Assembly: GCA_030641525.1 (NCBI GenBank)
Contig: DAOWHH010000016.1
Location: forward strand, 1,073-65,072
Origin: a bacterium
GTDB lineage: Bacteria > Patescibacteriota > Minisyncoccia > Phycocordibacterales > UBA12079
Direction: 5' to 3'
DNA: 64,000 nt
Below, one piece after another: positions 57,619 through 64,000 of the stretch. The position numbers and the translations under genes are program-made. Every line of letters begins with the position of its first letter. Positions within the stretch are counted from its first letter, which is position 1. The notes under the pieces are model-generated. The model saw only the letters and a list, made by a program, of their open reading frames with translations, was not told where the DNA came from and ran no database searches.

Positions 57619-58902
57619 ATGTATAAATTAAAATGGACAACGGAAAAACGTCGGATTAATGATTTGGTGCCTTTCGAGAGAAACCCTAGGTCAATTAGCC
57701 CAAAACAATTAAAAGATTTAACAAAGAGTCTTAAAAAATTCAATCTTGTTGAGATTCCTGCAATTGATATAGACAACAAAATACTTGCAGGACACCAACG
57801 CCTAAAAGTATTGCAATTACTTGGACGAGGTGACGAGGAAATAGATGTACGAATTCCAAACCGTAAACTCACTAAAAAAGAATCGGAACAATACCTTATA
57901 TCAAGCAACGTTCTTGGTGGTGATTGGGATTTTGAAAAACTTAAATCATTTGATCTAGATTTGTTGATTGATATTGGTTTTGACCAAGTCGACCTCTCTC
58001 ATCTTTGGAATGATGAGTTAGAAGTGCAAGACGAAGATTTTGAAGTTGAAAAAGAATTAAAGCAGATTAAGAAACCTAAAACAAAAATAGGTGATCTTAT
58101 TTATCTTGGCCCCCATAAATTAATTTGTGGTGATTCCACTGATCCAAAAAATTTAAAAAGATTATTTGGTAACGAACAAGCTTCAATGATTTATTCTGAT
58201 CCTGTATACAACATCTCAATTGATTACAACAAAGGTATTGGGGGAAAACAGAGTTATGGTGGGACCGTTAATGACAACAAGTCTGAAGTTGATTATAGGG
58301 ATCTCATCAAACAAAGTCTTGAGAACGCACTGTCGGTAGCAAAGAAGGATACACATATTTTCTACTGGTGTGATCAAACATACATTTGGTTAATTCAAGA
58401 ACTATATCGAGAACTTGGGATAACAAACAAAAGAGTGTGTTTATGGATTAAAAACGGACACAACCCTGTTCCGAGTGTGGCATTTAATAAGTGCTACGAA
58501 CCATGTACTTATGGTGTGCGAGGAAAACCATACATTACTAAGAATATTCAAAACCTCAATGAAGTTTTGAATAAAGAGATTACTACAGGTAATAACTTAC
58601 TTGAAGAAACTCTTGATGAACTCGATGTATGGCTTGTTAAACGTCTTTCTCACAAAGACTATGAACATGCAACAAGCAAGCCACCAAAGTTACACGAAAA
58701 GGCAATTCGTAGATGTACAAAACCCGGAGATATTATTCTTGATTCATTTTCAGGATCAGGAAGTACTTTAATTGCAGGAGAGCAATTAAAACGCAAAGTC
58801 TACGCGGTCGAACTAGAACCTATCTTTTGTGATCTTGTGATTAAAAGATATGAAAAATTAACAGGCGTTAATGCAAAAATAGAAAATGTCAAAGAAAAAT
58901 AA
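57619..58902 (+). CDS. ParB-like nuclease domain fused to a DNA (N4/N6) methyltransferase
   Basis: N-terminal ParB/Srx domain (FERNPRSISPKQLKDL ... AGHQRLKV). C-terminal methylase motifs (SDPVYNI; DSFSGSGST). This is a phage-typical architecture. Confidence 0.75.
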   Translation: MYKLKWTTEKRRINDLVPFERNPRSISPKQLKDLTKSLKKFNLVEIPAIDIDNKILAGHQRLKVLQLLGRGDEEIDVRIPNRKLTKKESEQYLISSNVLGGDWDFEKLKSFDLDLLIDIGFDQVDLSHLWNDELEVQDEDFEVEKELKQIKKPKTKIGDLIYLGPHKLICGDSTDPKNLKRLFGNEQASMIYSDPVYNISIDYNKGIGGKQSYGGTVNDNKSEVDYRDLIKQSLENALSVAKKDTHIFYWCDQTYIWLIQELYRELGITNKRVCLWIKNGHNPVPSVAFNKCYEPCTYGVRGKPYITKNIQNLNEVLNKEITTGNNLLEETLDELDVWLVKRLSHKDYEHATSKPPKLHEKAIRRCTKPGDIILDSFSGSGSTLIAGEQLKRKVYAVELEPIFCDLVIKRYEKLTGVNAKIENVKEK

Positions 58903-59290
58903 AGTTAGAGATTCCTTTCTTGATGAATTAAAGAAAATTCCTATTGTTCAAGTTGCCTGTGAAAAAACAAGAGTTTCTCGCAATAGTATTTATAGGTGGA
59001 AAAAGGAAGATAAGGAGTTTTGCAAAGAAATGGAAGAAGCTTTAGCTGAAGGTGAAGCATTAGTTAACGATATGAGTGAAAGTCAATTACTGACACTTAT
59101 TAAAGAGAAAAACTTCTCTGCTATAAGCTTCTGGCTTCGACATAGAAATTCAAAGTTTAAAAACAAAGTTGAAGTTACCACAAAAATAGGAATTGATGAC
59201 GACGATCTTACGCCCGAACAAGAAACTATTGTAAAAAGAGCTTTAGAGCTTGCAACTTCAACTAAACCTAATGAAAAAAATCATGACTGA
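58886..59290 (+). CDS. Terminase small subunit-like HTH protein
   Basis: 134 aa. HTH (VACEKTRVSRNSIYRWKKEDKEF). Overlaps the upstream and downstream genes. Confidence 0.55.
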   Translation: MSKKNKVRDSFLDELKKIPIVQVACEKTRVSRNSIYRWKKEDKEFCKEMEEALAEGEALVNDMSESQLLTLIKEKNFSAISFWLRHRNSKFKNKVEVTTKIGIDDDDLTPEQETIVKRALELATSTKPNEKNHD

Positions 59291-60788
59291 TGAAACGCAA
59301 AAAATTATTGAAATAATGCTAAAGGATATAAAAGTGAGAAGAAGTATTGCGAGAGAAAATCACTTATTATTTTTCAGTGCTTACTTTGGACATTATATGG
59401 AATATGAATTTGCAGATTTTCACCGAGAAATGTTTGATTTAAGCTCTAATGAAAATATTCAAACACTTGTAATCACCGCGGCTCGAGGAATTGGTAAATC
59501 AACTATTCTTAATATGAGTTTAGCTATTTGGTCGATACTTGGAAGACGAAGAAAAAAGTTTGTTATTATCCTCAGTCATACTCAAGCAAAAGCACGACAA
59601 CATTTCAATAACTTAAGAAAAGAGTTTGAAGAAAATAAATTACTTCAAAGTGATTTAGGACCTTTCAAAGAAGACAGTGGTGAATGGGGATCATCTTTGG
59701 TCCTTCCTCATTACGATGCTCGTATAACTTTTGCTTCAACCGAGCAAAGTATCCGTGGGATGCGTCACAAACAACATAGACCTGATTTGATTATTGCAGA
59801 CGACTTAGACGATAATGATTCGATAAAGACATTGGACGGAAGAAATAAAACATATGACTGGCTAACGAAAGATATTATTCCTGCAGGAGAAACAAATACA
59901 AAGTTGGTTATAGTTGGAACACTTCTTCATGAAGATTCAATCATGATGAGACTAAAGAAAGAAATATTAGAAGGAAAAAGAACTGGTGAGTATAGAGAAT
60001 ATCCACTTGTCGATGATAATGGATTAATACTTTGGAAAAGTAAGTACCCAAATAAATTAGCTTTGGAAGCAGAGAGGTTAAGAATTGGTAATGAAAAGTC
60101 TTGGTGCCAAGAATATCTTTTAAAGATTGTTTCTGATGCTGATAGGGTTATCCACCCAGAATGGATTCGATATCATGAAGAAATTCCTAGTAGGACACCA
60201 GAAAATAGTTATCGCTATACTTTTACAGCAATTGACTTAGCAATTTCAGAAAGAGAACGGGCTGATTGTACTGCTATGGTTTCAGCTAGTGTGTATGGTT
60301 ATGGTGAAAATATGAGAATATATATTTTGCCAAATCCAATTAATGAGCGTTTGGATTTTCCAAGTGCAATAGAAAAAGCTAAATTACTTTCATTAAGTCT
60401 TTCTCATAATGGAAAGAAAACAAGACTTGTTATTGAGGATAATATGTATCAAAGGGCTTTTCCACAAATGCTACAAAAAGATAGATACCCTGCAGAGGGA
60501 GTCCAGTCTGTCGGAGATAAGCGAACTCGCTTAACACTCATAAACCCAACAGTGAAAGCGGGGCAAGTATTATTTCCAAAAGAAGGAACTGAAACTTTGA
60601 TTCAACAACTTATTGGTTTTGGAGTAGAGCGATACGATGACTTAGCTGATGCTTTTGCAATTCTTGTTGGAGAAGTTATGAAAAATAACCCCAACAGATC
60701 ATTTAGTGAAAGTGCTCAAAAAATGATAGAGATAAATGGGTGGGATAAAGAAGATGGAGAGATTCCGATTCTTTATAAGCAATATTAA
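59250..60788 (+). CDS. Terminase large subunit
   Basis: 512 aa. ATPase Walker A-like LVITAARGIGKST and Walker B DLIIADDLDD. C-terminal RNase-H-like nuclease (TAIDLAISERERADCTAM). Confidence 0.8.
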   Translation: MQLQLNLMKKIMTDETQKIIEIMLKDIKVRRSIARENHLLFFSAYFGHYMEYEFADFHREMFDLSSNENIQTLVITAARGIGKSTILNMSLAIWSILGRRRKKFVIILSHTQAKARQHFNNLRKEFEENKLLQSDLGPFKEDSGEWGSSLVLPHYDARITFASTEQSIRGMRHKQHRPDLIIADDLDDNDSIKTLDGRNKTYDWLTKDIIPAGETNTKLVIVGTLLHEDSIMMRLKKEILEGKRTGEYREYPLVDDNGLILWKSKYPNKLALEAERLRIGNEKSWCQEYLLKIVSDADRVIHPEWIRYHEEIPSRTPENSYRYTFTAIDLAISERERADCTAMVSASVYGYGENMRIYILPNPINERLDFPSAIEKAKLLSLSLSHNGKKTRLVIEDNMYQRAFPQMLQKDRYPAEGVQSVGDKRTRLTLINPTVKAGQVLFPKEGTETLIQQLIGFGVERYDDLADAFAILVGEVMKNNPNRSFSESAQKMIEINGWDKEDGEIPILYKQY

Positions 60789-61151
60789 TTATTTTTTACA
60801 AATATGATCTCGTATATGATTTACGAGTTTCTTTACGCTATCATCTTGTCTTATAATCCATTTCATTTTTACTTTATTACCAGAAGCAAAAAATGAAATA
60901 GTATGACCCATTATTCCTTTACCTACTTCAATTGAAGATATGTTCGAGTATGGAAATACTTCAAGTTCGTAACCAATAAGTTTTTTTGCAAAGAAGACCA
61001 AGCGATCATCTGTTGTTAAAAAAATACCTTTCCGTGCTGTTTTTTGACCAAACCTTTCAATTTCATATGAGCCAAGAACTACAGTAAGAATATTTTCATT
61101 TATATCTAAATGTTCTTTTACCTTTTCTGTTAACTTGTTTATTTTTGACAT
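60789..61151 (-). CDS. Bacterial PH-domain-like protein
   Basis: 120-aa ORF whose pattern resembles bPH family proteins. Confidence 0.35.
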   Translation of the reverse strand: MSKINKLTEKVKEHLDINENILTVVLGSYEIERFGQKTARKGIFLTTDDRLVFFAKKLIGYELEVFPYSNISSIEVGKGIMGHTISFFASGNKVKMKWIIRQDDSVKKLVNHIRDHICKK

Positions 61152-61155
61152 ATTT

Positions 61156-61304
61156 CTTTAGCGGATTTAAAAACGGTGGAAGTCTTTAGAATTACAAAAG
61201 ACTCCTCGCCATCGCGAATGAACCGAAGCTCATCCCATATGGGTTTCCCCACATGACCGCTAAAGTGACTCTGGACGAGGAGTCTTTTATACTTTAGCGG
61301 ATTT
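61156..61304. repeat. Structured element bounded by 13-bp direct repeats CTTTAGCGGATTT, with a 13-bp long-range inverted repeat
   Basis: AAAAGACTCCTCG (61196-61208) pairs with CGAGGAGTCTTTT (61276-61288), enclosing the hairpin CCCATATGGG. Followed by a (TA)6 tract before the recombinase gene. Confidence 0.6.
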
Positions 61305-61507
61305 TTCAACCATGCCTTATAAAAATTTTATAAGGGTTAGGTCTACTACTAATATTCAATTGTTAATTAACATAATACCGTATCTTTACAGTATTATCCA
61401 TACACCTTATCGCAAATCCTTTGTTTTGCTAAGGGAAGTTGCCAACAAGTTGTCGACGCCACATCGCTTAGCAAGAGACTCTTTCTCTGTCATTAATATA
61501 TATATAT

Positions 61508-62827
61508 ATGGAAACGAATACATTTTCACAACAAACCAAGTCGGCAGTAATTCCAGACATTAAGATGAAGTATTGCCTATATGCTCGAAAAAGTACTGAA
61601 TCAGACGAACGACAAGCCCTGTCTATTGATTCTCAAGTCAAAGAGATGTTACAGATAGCAGAAAGAGAGGGTCTCGAGATTATAGATATTAGAAGAGAAT
61701 CAAAATCAGCTAAAGACTCGAATAATAGACCTGTATTTAAAGAATTACTTCGTGATATATCGGAAGGACGATTTAACGCTATCCTCACATGGGCACCTGA
61801 TAGATTATCAAGAAATGCAGGTGATCTTGGTTCTGTTGTTGATTTAATGGATGCAAAAAAACTTATAGGTATTCGTACTTATGGGCAAACTTTTTCTAAT
61901 TCTCCAAACGAAAAATTTCTCTTGATGATTCTTTGTTCTCAGGCAAAACTAGAAAATGATAATAGAGGTATAAATGTAAAAAGAGGATTACGAACAAGAT
62001 GTGAAATGGGATTATGGCCGACCTGTCCACCCACTGGGTATTTTAAAGAAAAAAGAATGGATCGAAAATGTGAATGTCTTATTGATGAAGAAAGAGCCCC
62101 TGTTATAAAACAAATATTTGAGAAAGTGGCTTATGAGAAATGGTCTGGAAGAAAAATTTATCACTGGCTTAGGTTTGATTTGAATTTTAGAACAGAAGCT
62201 GGAAAGAAACATTTTAGTCTAGGTAATATTTATCGGATGTTAGAGAATCCATTTTATTATGGAACTTTTGAATATCCCAGAGGATCAGGCAATTGGTACA
62301 AAGGAAAACACGAGCCAATAATCACCAAAGAACTTTTTGATTTAGTACAAGGTCAAGTAAAGAATTCTCAACTTGTTAGAAAAGAAAATATTGAATTTGC
62401 CTTTACCAAAATTATGAAATGCGGACTTTGTGGATCTGGAATTTCAGCAACTGAAAAATTCAAAAAATTAAAAAGTGGAGATTTTAATCGACATGTTTAC
62501 TATGGTTGTACAAAAGCGAAAGATAAATATTGTAAATGTGGGTTTATAAACGAAAACAATCTTATTCAACAGCTACAGAACTTGGTTGATGAGATACAGA
62601 TGGACGAAACAGGCGTTCTTAAGAAAATAAAAGCGGAGGTGGCTCGCTATAAAAAATTCCAAGCAACCCTATTGGGGAATGAGATGGATACCGTGGTGTC
62701 TGACGTAGATACTAGGGATTATGTGAAATTCCTGATTAAGAACGGCACTCTTGAAGAGAAGCGAGAGATTATGTTGTGCTTCACGTCTAGTATTAGCTTA
62801 AAAAATGGAAAAATTGGCTTAAAATAA
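61508..62827 (+). CDS. Large serine recombinase (integrase/resolvase family)
   Basis: N-terminal resolvase catalytic domain (YARKSTESDERQALSIDSQ ... LTWAPDRLSRN). Recombinase domain and zinc ribbon (CGLCGS ... YYGCTKAKDKYC). Probable start at MKYCLYARKST. Confidence 0.85.
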   Translation: METNTFSQQTKSAVIPDIKMKYCLYARKSTESDERQALSIDSQVKEMLQIAEREGLEIIDIRRESKSAKDSNNRPVFKELLRDISEGRFNAILTWAPDRLSRNAGDLGSVVDLMDAKKLIGIRTYGQTFSNSPNEKFLLMILCSQAKLENDNRGINVKRGLRTRCEMGLWPTCPPTGYFKEKRMDRKCECLIDEERAPVIKQIFEKVAYEKWSGRKIYHWLRFDLNFRTEAGKKHFSLGNIYRMLENPFYYGTFEYPRGSGNWYKGKHEPIITKELFDLVQGQVKNSQLVRKENIEFAFTKIMKCGLCGSGISATEKFKKLKSGDFNRHVYYGCTKAKDKYCKCGFINENNLIQQLQNLVDEIQMDETGVLKKIKAEVARYKKFQATLLGNEMDTVVSDVDTRDYVKFLIKNGTLEEKREIMLCFTSSISLKNGKIGLK

Positions 62828-62844
62828 GCCCTATAAAGTTTTCC

Positions 62845-63966
62845 ATGCAACAGTTTTCCACATTTTGTCCCTTTTATCTATATATTTGTCCCACATTATG
62901 CTACAATACTAGTATGAAAGAGCAAATACAAAAAAAAAATATCCTCAATCTTATTAAATATCACGCCGAGAAGAACGATTCTGGCTTCAAAAAAGAAGCG
63001 TACGATATGGCCAGATATTTTGACTCCATCGGTGACTCGGAGCTAGCTCAGTATATCATGGCGTTACTCTCTGGTACCAATACCTTCGTTCCTCAAGACA
63101 ACGAGTATAACCTACCGTTTTTTAGCAAGATAAATCTTTCAGCTAGCAGTACTCTACCGCTCCCGTCACAGATACAGAAAGACGTGATAGGCATCATTAA
63201 TTCAATTGGCCACAAAGCTGATATTACCAAGTTCCTATTCGAAGGTGAGCCTGGTACTGGTAAGACTGAGACGGTTAAGCAAGTGGCTCGTATTCTTGAG
63301 CGTGAGTTGTATATTATCGACTTTGATACAGTAATTGATAGCAAGCTCGGTCAAACGTCAAAAAACCTCGCTTCGGTTTTTGTAGAATTAAAAAATCTAC
63401 CACAACCAGAGCGAGTTATTGTACTATTTGATGAGATAGATGCTATTGCTCTTGATCGAGTAAACTCAAACGACTTACGAGAAATGGGCCGAGTGACTTC
63501 TTCGATGCTTAAAGGCCTTGATGGTCTGAGTGATGATGTTGTTCTTATCGCCACCACTAATTTGTATAGCCAATTCGACAAGGCATTATTTCGACGTTTT
63601 GACATGATTGTCAATTTCAACCGATACAGTGATGAAGACTTGGTTGAGGTTGCTGAGTCCATCCTTGGTCAGTTTCTAACGAAATTTAAATCGGCAGGTC
63701 GTAATAAACGACTATTCCGTAAAATTCTCCTGACCATGGAGCATATACCGTACCCTGGCGATCTCAAGAACATGATTAAAATCGCTTTAGCTTTTAGTGA
63801 CCCTCAGAGTGAGTATGATTATTTAAAGAAAATGTATGAAGCGATACATTCTGAGAAAGATGCACTTGATTTGAAAGTACTTCAGAGTAAAGGATTCACT
63901 GTTCGTGATATTGAAATTCTTACCGATAAATCGAAGAGTCAAGTGGCCAGAGATTTAAATATATAA
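62845..63966 (+). CDS. AAA+ ATPase
   Basis: Walker A GEPGTGKTE, Walker B VLFDEIDAIALDR, sensor-1 IATTN. Highest local GC. Probable start at MKEQIQKK. Confidence 0.75.
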   Translation: MQQFSTFCPFYLYICPTLCYNTSMKEQIQKKNILNLIKYHAEKNDSGFKKEAYDMARYFDSIGDSELAQYIMALLSGTNTFVPQDNEYNLPFFSKINLSASSTLPLPSQIQKDVIGIINSIGHKADITKFLFEGEPGTGKTETVKQVARILERELYIIDFDTVIDSKLGQTSKNLASVFVELKNLPQPERVIVLFDEIDAIALDRVNSNDLREMGRVTSSMLKGLDGLSDDVVLIATTNLYSQFDKALFRRFDMIVNFNRYSDEDLVEVAESILGQFLTKFKSAGRNKRLFRKILLTMEHIPYPGDLKNMIKIALAFSDPQSEYDYLKKMYEAIHSEKDALDLKVLQSKGFTVRDIEILTDKSKSQVARDLNI

Positions 63967-64000
63967 GATTATGAATGATATTCTCCAATTAAAAGGAAAT

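Noticed and set aside
57619-63966. Calling an intact prophage
   Set aside because: Only the packaging, methylase and recombinase genes are present in the window. No portal, capsid or tail genes are seen, so it is reported as a phage-derived module of uncertain completeness.

Overview
This is a low-GC (roughly 30%) window from a gene-dense, small-genome bacterium with many short proteins, probably a Patescibacteria/CPR-like lineage. That placement is an inference from gene content and composition. Roughly 1-45 kb is housekeeping core. It holds the tail of a dcw cell-division cluster (mraZ-rsmH-ftsL-ftsI-Mur ligase), RNase R, a short SMC, topA, ybeY, ftsA, ftsZ, trxB, an RlmB-like methyltransferase, tsaD, valS, PrsW, Hsp20, mltG, leuS, ychF, a NUDIX hydrolase, a PfkB kinase and a transketolase C-terminal subunit. 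Two accessory islands interrupt this core. The first (21.2-26.5 kb) is a four-gene type III restriction-modification operon: an XRE regulator, mod, res and a small PD-(D/E)xK-like protein. It is inserted beside a repeat-rich tRNA-Glu/tRNA-Ser locus that carries partial tRNA duplications. The second (about 47.5-64 kb) is GC-shifted, meaning richer in G+C than the core. It contains secreted nucleases, an AbiH-like/UvrD-like helicase operon, an HNH homing-type endonuclease, a LexA-headed operon ending in a secreted EEP nuclease, and a phage-derived module. That module holds a ParB-domain DNA methyltransferase, terminase small and large subunits, a large serine recombinase and an AAA ATPase, but no capsid genes within the window. 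Several interspersed repeat families punctuate both islands (families A, B and C, and the CGC-TTT-GCG hairpin terminators). rnr and ftsA each have an A7 homopolymer where A8 would restore the reading frame. No CRISPR array, cas genes or rRNA were seen.
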